A stretch of DNA of 64,000 nucleotides from Candidatus Latescibacterota bacterium (GTDB lineage Bacteria > Latescibacterota > UBA2968 > UBA8231): assembly GCA_965215195.1 (NCBI GenBank), contig CBDCDC010000002.1, forward strand, positions 1,792,001 through 1,856,000, in the 5' to 3' direction. Within the stretch, counting starts at the first letter, position 1. Each line of letters starts with the position of its first letter. Positions 29,625 to 39,065 of this stretch are shown here, in pieces. A program made the position numbers and the translations under genes. The notes under the pieces are model-generated. The model had not been told where the DNA came from and did no database searches. It worked only from the letters and a program-made list of their open reading frames with translations.

Positions 29625-32600
29625 ATGCCTAGGGTCGGTACTCTAACTCAAGCAGAAAAAGAAAACAGAACGATCGCTATCCGTCCCACACTTTTGATCG
29701 GCTTGGGAGGTACGGGAAAGGAAGTACTGCGGCGACTGCGACGGATGTTCTACGAGAAGTACAGAGTAGCGGGTTTACCCATCATGGAGTACCTATGGTT
29801 CGATACTGACATCCGCAATGAGTCCCTGAGCGGGGAGACACCTGACGAGTTGGACAGGCTCATTGACCTTGCCATTTCACAGAAGATTGATGGTCGGGTC
29901 CAGCCCGGGGAGTTAGCTGGATACCGGCGCAACAAGAATGCCTATCCGCATATATGGAACTGGTTGCCCCGCGAACTAGATGCGCTGCCCGACAACGCCA
30001 TCACGCAAGGGGCAGGGCAGATCCGTTCTTTTGGACGGTTGGCTTTCTTCCACCATTATGCAAGAATTCGCAACGCCATCAACACATTGGGGAGAAAGGT
30101 AACTGCCCAAGAGGCTTCCGAGGACATGAACCGCCGTTACCCTGATTATACGGTAGATAATAGTACCTTGGAGATCATTACCGTGTCTTCTCTCGGTGGT
30201 GGAACGGGGTCCGGCTGCTTTATTGACGTCGGATTTCTATGTCGATCTTTGTTCCCAGCTTCTACGCGCACGGCTTTTCTGACCATGCCCACGGTTTTCG
30301 ACGGGGTGGTGGGTCCCACAGGGGTAGAGGCCGTCCATGCCAACGGCTTTGCCGCGCTCAAGGAACTCGAGTACTTCATGCAGCCCCGGTTTAGCGCCAC
30401 CACAGATGAGGATACAAGCGAGTACTCTCCTCACGAATTTAATTGGGATGGAACCCCACAGCAGGTGGAAGCACCGCCTTTTTCTACGGTCTATATGCTC
30501 GACAAGGAGAATATTGACGAATTCACCGATACATTCCAGATGATCGCTGAGTTTCTGCTGCTGGATTTCGACAAGACCGGATTCGCCGCTCAAAAGCGCA
30601 GCGTACGTTCCAATATGGAGCAGTACCTACAGGATATGGCCACCTTCCGCAGTGGAAACGATGGAAGCTATGTCCAGTATTTTCCATGCCGGTATGCATC
30701 TTTTGGGCTCTCCCAGATTGAATTGAATCAGCCTCGTCTGGCCAATGCGGCTGCCAACCGCTGCGCTCAGTATCTGGTAGAACTCATCATAGCCAAGGAT
30801 AACAGAATCCCTCAGGGCTTTGATGATGCCGATGTCAAACCCCGCATGGAGCAGATGGGCCTTACTAAGGAACTCTTTTTGCAACGCTGCTTGGTCAAGC
30901 CGGGCAAGGATTTCACCTTGATTGACGAGGTTGTCAACGAGTTGATCGAACCGGCTTTCAATAAATTGCAGGACGATCTGTACACGGCACCAGCGGTAGA
31001 GGATCAAAAGGTTTTGGATCGCCAAGTGGAACAAACGCGGCAGCAGGTGGGTGAATTGGTCCGCCAAGTGCGGGAACGAGTAGGGGAAAGACTGTTACAG
31101 CAAGGCACCCAAAAGGGCGATGGTGTGACGCAGATTTTGGAAAATATCGGCGCGAACCGTCCCATGCTCGAAAAGCGAGTAGAGGATGAATGTCTGAAAT
31201 TACTGTGCGACCCCTTGGAGTTCGGCCCTAAATTCATGGTTGAGTGGCTGAAGATCACCGTCCCTGTACTGGAGCGAATCAAAGAGGAATTGCAGGCCAT
31301 AGAGAATCGGCACATAGAAGCACCAGAGGCTCCGCCAATCAAAATCGAATTTTCCGACGAGTATAATAAATACGAAGCTCTCCTACGAGCGGCTAGGCAG
31401 GAGATGCCCTTTGCCTTCTTAACGAAACGCATTGCTATCAACCATTACGAAGAACGCAAACGGAGGTCCTTTGATCAGAATGCCCAACTCATCACTCGTG
31501 ATCTGGTGCAGCAGGTAGAGGCCGTCAGAGATCAACTCAAGCAATGGGTCACCGCTCGCTACAAGCAGGAGGCGGCCCGTCGGCTGCTCAATCCCAATTC
31601 CGGAAGACATGAGCAGGAAAAGGGCCTGATTGACAACATAATCGGCTTTGTCGGCCAACAGACCGAAGTCCGGGGTGCAGATGGCGAACTCCATGTGCAA
31701 CTCAGTGGTTTGCTGGCCAAGGTGGAGAAATTTCAAGAGCATCTTCAAGAGATGGCTGACCGCTTCGAGGGTTTCTATCGTTCTTATAGCAACCGAATGC
31801 CTAGTGTGCGCAATCTCGATCTCATGCCTGAACTTAACTATCGCGAGGAAATTGAGACATATCTGCGCGACAAAAAAAGACGGACAGGTGCCGGTTTCAA
31901 TGAAGTTTTACAAGGTGTTCTGGAGGCCTATTTTCGCTCGGAAGAAGCCCGGCCGCTATTTGCTGAGTACGCTACTCGCGAAGGAAGCGCGATCGATGCC
32001 ATACGCGATTGTACTCGCATTATCTTCAATCGATCTGCGAATAGGGACAATACCCCTCGTGATTGGAGAGAGGTAGAGAAGTCATTGAGTGAGTTCGCGT
32101 TTGGCCTATTTAAGGAGTTCTATGATGACAGAAACGCCGTTCAAGAGGTGCAAAACCAGAACTATAATGAGGGAGATGAGATACAAAAAAGATCAAGGCT
32201 AGCCAAACCACGGATGTCTGAGGCAACACCACGTTTACCGGGTATGGATCCTCACATCCAGAAAACAATAGGACTTCCTCCAGGTGAAAACAGATGGAAA
32301 ACGCTAATCGAACAAAACGTTCGAGACCCTCAAGTGGCGCACCACGCCCCTGATTCGGTTATATTTGTCAGCCAATGGATGGCCTTTCCCCTATTCGCTA
32401 TCGACAATTTGAGGCAACTGCACGCAGCATACGAAAACAACCTTCTTAGAATGCCGCAAAATGTATACCGTCGCTACACGACCAAGGACTATATCAAATA
32501 TCCGGAGGTCCTACCGCCTAAAGACGACGACGAAGCGCAAATGCTAGTGGATGCCCTACAACCGCTCATTGGTGGTATCCTACTCGGGGTAGTGGCTTAT

Positions 32601-33071
32601 GACAAACGACGATTCTACCGAACTTACCGAGCACAGGGCCGAAGGCGCGAGGAGTATTACGGACTTAATCTCGAGGACGCACGCCGGACTTTGGCCCGAG
32701 ACCAGATCATACGAGATAGACTGCGCCAAGAGGTACAAAACATTCAGGATAACTGGCGATTGAATGGCAATAACCTCGCTTTTGAGCAGTACTTGGCCCT
32801 CCAAAGACATTTAGTGGAGCATGTATATCCAGATACCAGAGTTGTGATACGCGGCCAGAGTGAGGATGTGGACGTATTCCACAGCTTGCTTAGCGAGGCT
32901 TTCGGCGAGAGTTTCAATAAGGAGCGGCAGCACTTGGACATCAGCGAAGAAGAATTGGACGGCCGTATCTACGAACACTTGCAGGACAAAGATCGTTTTG
33001 CCAAACCCCTAGACTACCGCGATCCTCACTGCAAAGACGATATATATGTGATGGATGGTGCCAATGCCTAG
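29625..33071 (+). CDS. Tubulin/FtsZ-like GTPase (Tubulin_2/FtsZl type) with long helical C-terminal region
   Basis: IGLGGTG, FDTD, GAGQIRSFGR, SLGGGTGSG, ANGFAALKEL. Confidence 0.9.
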   Translation: MPRVGTLTQAEKENRTIAIRPTLLIGLGGTGKEVLRRLRRMFYEKYRVAGLPIMEYLWFDTDIRNESLSGETPDELDRLIDLAISQKIDGRVQPGELAGYRRNKNAYPHIWNWLPRELDALPDNAITQGAGQIRSFGRLAFFHHYARIRNAINTLGRKVTAQEASEDMNRRYPDYTVDNSTLEIITVSSLGGGTGSGCFIDVGFLCRSLFPASTRTAFLTMPTVFDGVVGPTGVEAVHANGFAALKELEYFMQPRFSATTDEDTSEYSPHEFNWDGTPQQVEAPPFSTVYMLDKENIDEFTDTFQMIAEFLLLDFDKTGFAAQKRSVRSNMEQYLQDMATFRSGNDGSYVQYFPCRYASFGLSQIELNQPRLANAAANRCAQYLVELIIAKDNRIPQGFDDADVKPRMEQMGLTKELFLQRCLVKPGKDFTLIDEVVNELIEPAFNKLQDDLYTAPAVEDQKVLDRQVEQTRQQVGELVRQVRERVGERLLQQGTQKGDGVTQILENIGANRPMLEKRVEDECLKLLCDPLEFGPKFMVEWLKITVPVLERIKEELQAIENRHIEAPEAPPIKIEFSDEYNKYEALLRAARQEMPFAFLTKRIAINHYEERKRRSFDQNAQLITRDLVQQVEAVRDQLKQWVTARYKQEAARRLLNPNSGRHEQEKGLIDNIIGFVGQQTEVRGADGELHVQLSGLLAKVEKFQEHLQEMADRFEGFYRSYSNRMPSVRNLDLMPELNYREEIETYLRDKKRRTGAGFNEVLQGVLEAYFRSEEARPLFAEYATREGSAIDAIRDCTRIIFNRSANRDNTPRDWREVEKSLSEFAFGLFKEFYDDRNAVQEVQNQNYNEGDEIQKRSRLAKPRMSEATPRLPGMDPHIQKTIGLPPGENRWKTLIEQNVRDPQVAHHAPDSVIFVSQWMAFPLFAIDNLRQLHAAYENNLLRMPQNVYRRYTTKDYIKYPEVLPPKDDDEAQMLVDALQPLIGGILLGVVAYDKRRFYRTYRAQGRRREEYYGLNLEDARRTLARDQIIRDRLRQEVQNIQDNWRLNGNNLAFEQYLALQRHLVEHVYPDTRVVIRGQSEDVDVFHSLLSEAFGESFNKERQHLDISEEELDGRIYEHLQDKDRFAKPLDYRDPHCKDDIYVMDGANA

Positions 33072-36000
33072 GGAAGCGAGTCAAGAGCGGGTCGATAAGG
33101 CGATAGGTGCTTGCCCTGTTTGTCAGTGGCCTTATGGGAGCGGAAGCATCTTTTGCAGCAGTTGCGGGATTCAACTCGTCCGTCTAGAGGTATTTCCCAA
33201 GCCCAATGAGCTATTGACCCTCTTCGAAGGTTATCCAGTCATCATGCGGTTCGAGAATACCGGGAAAATACCCGTGGAACTGGAACGTCTCGACGGAGTG
33301 GAGTGGGGAGAATGGGTTTCGGAAACGAATTGGCCCGCCTCCTTGGATCCAAAGGAAAAAATAGAAATACGCCGGCTGCATACCGAGCGTCGCGGCCAAC
33401 GAGGGCGGTTGACTCTGCACCCCACGCTGTTGCCGATTTCATTTCGTTACCGGGTCCAAAAGGCTCCCCGAATCTGGCTGACTGACGAGCAGGGGCGAGA
33501 GTTTGAACAAGGCACTGACGGCGCACAGTTGTGGGCGGTAAATCGGGAAGCCCAATGGCACTATCTAGCCCTTCACACCACAAGCGAAGTGATTTTGGCA
33601 AAGCCTCCCCGTCTGTTCAAGGGAGATCAGATGGTGGATATAGTGCCGGCGGAAGAGGTAAGCTATCCCTTCCGCTTGGATCCAGATAAAGCCTTTCCGG
33701 TAAGACTCACCCAAAATCAGCCTCTGCCTGAAGAAGGGCATCCTGTACATCTCGTTTTTCCCATCCAGAACATAGGTGATGTCGATTTTCATCTCAATCT
33801 AAAGTACACTCTTCGGCCGGTGCTCAGAGTGGAGTTTAAGCCGCGGGGTTTCACCGGTGACACGGCACTTATCAGCGGAAGCCGAAAACAGAAGAATGTA
33901 AGTGCTACCATTACGCACTTACGGGGCGCACCACTACGCATAAATGCCGTGACTAGCGATACGTCTTGGCTACAGATCGTTGACAGCAAGGAGACCCCGG
34001 TCGTCCTTAACCCTCAGAATTCAACGGCGGGAGCTGATGAGGAGAGTGTGCTAAATATCCAGTTGCAAATGAAGACTGTTGATATTCCTCGGGTAACAGA
34101 ATCAAAGCACTTTGAACCCAAGATCGTCGTCAAGGGAGAGGCTATAGGAGCGGAAGATTCGGCGTTCGAAAAGGGGTATTCGCTTCCTGTCGGAGTAGTT
34201 CCTCCCAAACCGTTAGATCATCCTATTGGCATCGATTTTGGGACGACCAACTCTTGCTTGGCCTATTATGTTGTTGAAGATGAAGAAACAATGCCTCGCT
34301 TGGCAGAATTCGAGAGCAATGATCCTCGTGCCGAAGTGCCGACTGTCTTTCAGCTTAGAGCAATTAGGAAGAGAGCCGAACGTCTGGAAATTCTCGGAAC
34401 TCTGGAGGCTGACGAGCATCATTTGGTGGCGACCGAGAACGAGGAAGCTATTATGAGCTTTGGACGTAAGCCATTCGACCAGGTCGCCGGGATCAATCGG
34501 GACAACTTCGACGGCAATGATATCTGGAATTCTATGAGCAGTATCTGCTGGAATTTCAAATACGCTCTCAACCGACCCTATGATCCAAATATCTATATTG
34601 ATACCGGGATGTCGGGTATTTTGATCAATGGGCATCGCCCTAATACGCGGAATATCAGTCTGACTCCGGTGGATCAAGTAGCTATTTACCTCCGGTTTAT
34701 GGTAGAACGCTTCATTGAAGAATCCGGGTATTTGCCCAAAGAGATCTTTCTGACTTATCCGGCGGTATTCAACCGCCAAAAACAGGCCCTACAGGACGCC
34801 GCCGAAAAGGCTTTGCAGGAGCGCGACATTGAGACCCGCCTAGAGATCAGTGAACCTGAAGCTATCGCGGTGTATTATGTATGGCAGCTTATGGTTAGGG
34901 CCAATAAAGATAATATGGAAGAGGAGCCTGCCGATAAAGATGATGTGGATGAACGGATCATTGGGGTGTTCGACTGCGGCGGGGGGACGACCGATATCTC
35001 CATCGTACGCTATACTATGGGGGATGGTGAATATCAAATGAATCAAGTGGAAATTCTCGGTTCTGATGGTGACAATCGACTAGGGGGGAACCTACTGACA
35101 TTTTGCTTGGCTAAATACTTCTATGGGGAACTCGTCCCTGAACAGTATCGTAGTCGTTTTCCCTTTCCCAAGGATCTACGCGATGGCTTACGCACTCAAG
35201 AGGCTAGTGTGAAAACGAACTTCCTAAAGCTCTACCAGTTAGCCGAGATGATAAAGACGAACAGCACAACTTATGAGCGATTCCAAGGATGTTTTTCCCC
35301 ACAGCGCTATGAGGAACTGAACCAGATAAGGGATGTGGGATTGCTGGACCTGCTCGCCAGTGGGGAGAAACTGAATTGGCCTAGCATTGAGTTAGCCAGC
35401 CTCGAAGAGAGCGATGTATTCCGGGTCAATGGCTTGAAGCGCAGCATCAACAACGGCGACTTGCCAAGGCAACTTAGCTCTATGGATTATCAGGCTATTT
35501 TTTCTGTGCTTCGCCGAGAATTGGAGCGGGGTTTCAAGAAACTGGACTTGATGCAGAAGGAGCTTTACAAGCGGAAAATTATATCCAATTTCCAGTTGGA
35601 TCATCTTATTTTGGCAGGCAATTCGTCCAAATTGCCGATTGTGAATGAGATCGCTCAAGGTATGGAAACCAAAGAAGTTTCGGCCCCTGCTCTTTCTTCA
35701 CCGGATTTTAATAATGAACGAAAGGTTAGCGTAGCCGCGGGAGCGGCTCTTTACGGAAGGTCTCTACTGGAAGATCAAGAATCCCCCCTCGAAGTCTCTG
35801 GAATACACAAACTAAATTATCCGCTAGGTTCCTACAATACGATGAGAGGCTTCAGGCCCATTTTTGATCGCTGGCTTTCCCTAGAGAAGGGAAAAGTACA
35901 TTCCCGTGCGAGCAAAATTATCTCCAAGCGTCAATCCCGCACTCGACGAATCTTACTGTTCGAATTTTTCGGTTGGAACTACAAAAACCTGAAGGCAGAC

Positions 36001-36210
36001 CGGCAGCAAGTGGCAGCTATTCCCATGCCACTGGAGGAGCGGTCTTTTAAGCAGGCCGCTTATTGGCAGTACAAACTCGAGCTTCGGGGCGACGAAAACA
36101 ATCGCGGTCAGCTCTATTACAACTTCGCGGTAGGACAGGAGAAGGATGGAAGTGATTTTGAAGAAATCTATGATGGATACTTGAAATGCGAGGACTTTAA
36201 CTATAGTTGA
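33064..36210 (+). CDS. Atypical Hsp70-family ATPase with N-terminal zinc ribbon and beta-rich (Ig-like) domains
   Basis: CPVC...FCSSCG; GIDFGTTNS, TYPAVF, ISEPEAIA, VFDCGGGTTDIS, GDNRLGG, LAGNSSKLP, VAAGAA. Confidence 0.85.
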   Translation: MPREASQERVDKAIGACPVCQWPYGSGSIFCSSCGIQLVRLEVFPKPNELLTLFEGYPVIMRFENTGKIPVELERLDGVEWGEWVSETNWPASLDPKEKIEIRRLHTERRGQRGRLTLHPTLLPISFRYRVQKAPRIWLTDEQGREFEQGTDGAQLWAVNREAQWHYLALHTTSEVILAKPPRLFKGDQMVDIVPAEEVSYPFRLDPDKAFPVRLTQNQPLPEEGHPVHLVFPIQNIGDVDFHLNLKYTLRPVLRVEFKPRGFTGDTALISGSRKQKNVSATITHLRGAPLRINAVTSDTSWLQIVDSKETPVVLNPQNSTAGADEESVLNIQLQMKTVDIPRVTESKHFEPKIVVKGEAIGAEDSAFEKGYSLPVGVVPPKPLDHPIGIDFGTTNSCLAYYVVEDEETMPRLAEFESNDPRAEVPTVFQLRAIRKRAERLEILGTLEADEHHLVATENEEAIMSFGRKPFDQVAGINRDNFDGNDIWNSMSSICWNFKYALNRPYDPNIYIDTGMSGILINGHRPNTRNISLTPVDQVAIYLRFMVERFIEESGYLPKEIFLTYPAVFNRQKQALQDAAEKALQERDIETRLEISEPEAIAVYYVWQLMVRANKDNMEEEPADKDDVDERIIGVFDCGGGTTDISIVRYTMGDGEYQMNQVEILGSDGDNRLGGNLLTFCLAKYFYGELVPEQYRSRFPFPKDLRDGLRTQEASVKTNFLKLYQLAEMIKTNSTTYERFQGCFSPQRYEELNQIRDVGLLDLLASGEKLNWPSIELASLEESDVFRVNGLKRSINNGDLPRQLSSMDYQAIFSVLRRELERGFKKLDLMQKELYKRKIISNFQLDHLILAGNSSKLPIVNEIAQGMETKEVSAPALSSPDFNNERKVSVAAGAALYGRSLLEDQESPLEVSGIHKLNYPLGSYNTMRGFRPIFDRWLSLEKGKVHSRASKIISKRQSRTRRILLFEFFGWNYKNLKADRQQVAAIPMPLEERSFKQAAYWQYKLELRGDENNRGQLYYNFAVGQEKDGSDFEEIYDGYLKCEDFNYS

Positions 36211-36234
36211 GTGTAAAGCCAGCAAAAGATATTT

Positions 36235-37167
36235 ATGGCAGAATTCCAAGAAAAGGTTGATGCTCTAGGCAACGAAGTTGCCCTCTGGGAGAAAGAACTC
36301 CAAGCTCTGCGAGAAATCGTCGACAAGACAAGACAGATCCGAGAAGAATTACACAAACGCGGTCTCGGCGACCTCGTATTCGCGCAGATCCTCGATGTAG
36401 CCAAGGGTTTCGATGGGGCGGAAGAGAGCTTTGTAGAAAAGGTGAACGAGTTCTTAAACGATATGAACAACTTCAGAGACAAGTTGGCAAAGTTCCGCGA
36501 CATTATGCAAGCGTCCTACGATGACTACGCAGAGCTCCGTCAATTCATCCCTACTAACACCAAATTTCAAGAGCTACAAAAGCTAGAGCTCGATCTGCAA
36601 AATAGATTAAAATCATTCCAAGAAGAAGTACAGGCTGCCTCCGAAAAATGGAATAAAAAATATTCAGATATTACAAATACCCGATATCGTTTCCGAGAAA
36701 TGCTCAACGAACTGCCCCTAGAAGTCGAAGAGATACCGTCGACACAGGATGCTGAGACTATTAACAAGGACATCGAAAAGATCAAGGAGGCCGTGAATGG
36801 GTTGGAGTTGGTCTCCCTTATAGCGAAGGAATCGGATCTCAAAGATCAATTGACGACTATCCAAGCTAAGATAGACAATTTCTGTATTCCGTGGGATACT
36901 GTCCTGACTAATTTAATTGACCAGTTGTTCAAAGAGAAAAAATCTCTAGAACAGAAACCCGCGAAATTGGAAAGATTTGTCCAAGAACGCGGCCTTGAGT
37001 TGATTTGGCCGGAGCAAGGGGACGAACACTCGCTAGCATATCACCGAATTTTAGATGAGCGAGAAGATGATCAGGTAAGCCGCGGTCAAGTGATTCGACC
37101 TGTTACACCTGGACTACGCCGGGGGGCTGAAGTAATTATCAAGGCCGGGATTTGGCTGGCGAAATGA
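36235..37167 (+). CDS. Coiled-coil protein with C-terminal GrpE-like head
   Basis: Heptad-rich for about 250 aa, then GLELIWPEQGDEHSLAYH...GQVIRPVTPGLRRGAEVIIKAGIWL; follows the Hsp70 gene. Confidence 0.7.
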   Translation: MAEFQEKVDALGNEVALWEKELQALREIVDKTRQIREELHKRGLGDLVFAQILDVAKGFDGAEESFVEKVNEFLNDMNNFRDKLAKFRDIMQASYDDYAELRQFIPTNTKFQELQKLELDLQNRLKSFQEEVQAASEKWNKKYSDITNTRYRFREMLNELPLEVEEIPSTQDAETINKDIEKIKEAVNGLELVSLIAKESDLKDQLTTIQAKIDNFCIPWDTVLTNLIDQLFKEKKSLEQKPAKLERFVQERGLELIWPEQGDEHSLAYHRILDEREDDQVSRGQVIRPVTPGLRRGAEVIIKAGIWLAK

Positions 37168-37241
37168 GCAAAATCTTCTCTTACGGTAGAGTGTCTGTCC
37201 TATAACTGAGCATTGCAGCTACAGCAGAGAAAGCCATTTCC

Positions 37242-39026
37242 ATGAGTTTAGACTTCTTAGCCCAGAACAGCGATCAGATTCGGGACTTTTTTGTTTTTCT
37301 TATCATCTTGTTCGGCCTAGCTGCGCTTGTCCTATTTGTCAAAGGGTACAGAAGAACGCAGACATATCGCCTCGGATTGGGTGCTATTGAGAGCTGGGAG
37401 AGAGACAATCCAGATTTCAATATAGAAGAGGAGACCGACCAATCCCCCGAAGATGTTATTAAGGAAGCCAAGCATCCCTTGGCTGTCCGTTGGCTCGAAC
37501 GTTTTATAGCCTTATATCGGCAAAATAAGGCTCCTGATGTAGAAGGTTTGATAGGCTCTATCGAACACGAACTCACCCGGCACGACGAAGCATTCCGCTC
37601 GCTTACCAGCAGCCTCATTCTATTGGGCCTACTAGGCACATTTGTTGGATTAATAATCGTGGTCATACCTATCCCGGGTATTATCCAAGGAGCGCAGACT
37701 TCACCAACATTGAGTCAAGAAGTAAAAATAGAGGATGTATTTAGTACCATCCTAGAAGGGTTGGGGCAGTCAGTAAAAGGGATGCCACTGGCGTTCATTA
37801 CCAGTATAATAGGGCTTTTCGCCACCTTAATCCTAAATGGCTTATACAGCCTTCTATTACTACGCACTAGGAATACGTTGTTGGCAAACATAGAAGAGTG
37901 TTTCAACGCGAAAATCGCCCCTAGGTTTGCTATAATCCCGCCGCAGTTACGTTTGAGCCGCGTCTTCACCCGAACAGTAAACGACCTATACGATAAGTAC
38001 TTCACTACTCTTTCCGACTACTTAGACAAAAGACTCAAGGAAATTGTCGATGTTTACGATAATTATTTCCTTCTCTTTTCTGGCCATTTAGACAAAAGAC
38101 TCAAGGAAATCGTCGATAGTAACGCTCGCTTGGCCACACTTGTAGAAGAGAGCGGCACGAAGCTCAAGGAAAGTAGCGAGGCCAGTCTGAAAAGCGCGGA
38201 GATTTTTGAGCAGCACAAGGAGACGGTAGCTGCGGGGGCAAACGAAATAATGAGAGCGGCTAAGGAGTTTTCTCAACACATCAAGAACTTTGAGCGGCTA
38301 AGCGACCCCCTGAATGCGCTCAAGGACAGCGTCGATACTATGCTCGAGGAGAACAAGCGACTGATGGCCCGACAGTTTCAATCCTTTGATGAGCGGATGG
38401 ACAAACAATCCAAGTTATTTGAGGCGCGAATGGAGACCCTAGGAGACGGCCTAGCCGAGACTCTGGAGACGATAAGAGGATTGAATGACACAGATTATCG
38501 TCCCAATTTCGTGAACATCCAGAACCTGCTCACCGCTGTCAGGGAGAGCCAAGATGCCTTCCTCGAATTTCAGAAGAAGACGCTCAACGAGCAAGGTGAA
38601 GCGTTTGAAAAGGCCAAGCAACCCCTACAAGATGAATTGGAAAGGCTCCGCCAAGATCTGCAAAGATTGGGCAAGGAGCAAGGCGAGGCGTTTGAACAGG
38701 CCAAAAAGCCCTTACAGGATGAATCGGAAAGGTTGCGCCAAGAGCTACAAGGGTTGAACAAGGAGATAGTATTGTTGCAGAACCAGCTAGGCCAAGTGCT
38801 AGGAGCCATCAATCAAGGTTTCAAAAAAACGGACGAGGACCTCCAAGTACTGAAAGCTATCGATCAGGTAATCCCTCAGCTTGAAGACATGCATGCGACG
38901 GCGCAGGCAATAGAAAAACAGTTGGATGGCATGGCGAAATCGCCGCAAGGCATCGCCGGACGATCTCGAAGAAAATGGAATTGGAATAGTATTCGCCGAT
39001 TATTCAAGAAAAAGAGCAAGGAATAG
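37242..39026 (+). CDS. ZorA-like MotA/TolQ/ExbB channel protein with long coiled-coil tail
   Basis: Three TMs, LGLLGTFVGL and GMPLAFITSIIG, about 380-aa helical tail. Confidence 0.85.
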   Translation: MSLDFLAQNSDQIRDFFVFLIILFGLAALVLFVKGYRRTQTYRLGLGAIESWERDNPDFNIEEETDQSPEDVIKEAKHPLAVRWLERFIALYRQNKAPDVEGLIGSIEHELTRHDEAFRSLTSSLILLGLLGTFVGLIIVVIPIPGIIQGAQTSPTLSQEVKIEDVFSTILEGLGQSVKGMPLAFITSIIGLFATLILNGLYSLLLLRTRNTLLANIEECFNAKIAPRFAIIPPQLRLSRVFTRTVNDLYDKYFTTLSDYLDKRLKEIVDVYDNYFLLFSGHLDKRLKEIVDSNARLATLVEESGTKLKESSEASLKSAEIFEQHKETVAAGANEIMRAAKEFSQHIKNFERLSDPLNALKDSVDTMLEENKRLMARQFQSFDERMDKQSKLFEARMETLGDGLAETLETIRGLNDTDYRPNFVNIQNLLTAVRESQDAFLEFQKKTLNEQGEAFEKAKQPLQDELERLRQDLQRLGKEQGEAFEQAKKPLQDESERLRQELQGLNKEIVLLQNQLGQVLGAINQGFKKTDEDLQVLKAIDQVIPQLEDMHATAQAIEKQLDGMAKSPQGIAGRSRRKWNWNSIRRLFKKKSKE

Positions 39027-39065
39027 TCAGGCCCATCGGCTGAATGCTTGGGAAAGCAGCCTCGG

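Noticed and set aside
29625-37167. Housekeeping ftsZ, dnaK and grpE
   Set aside because: Sizes, domain architecture and context differ strongly from the canonical genes.
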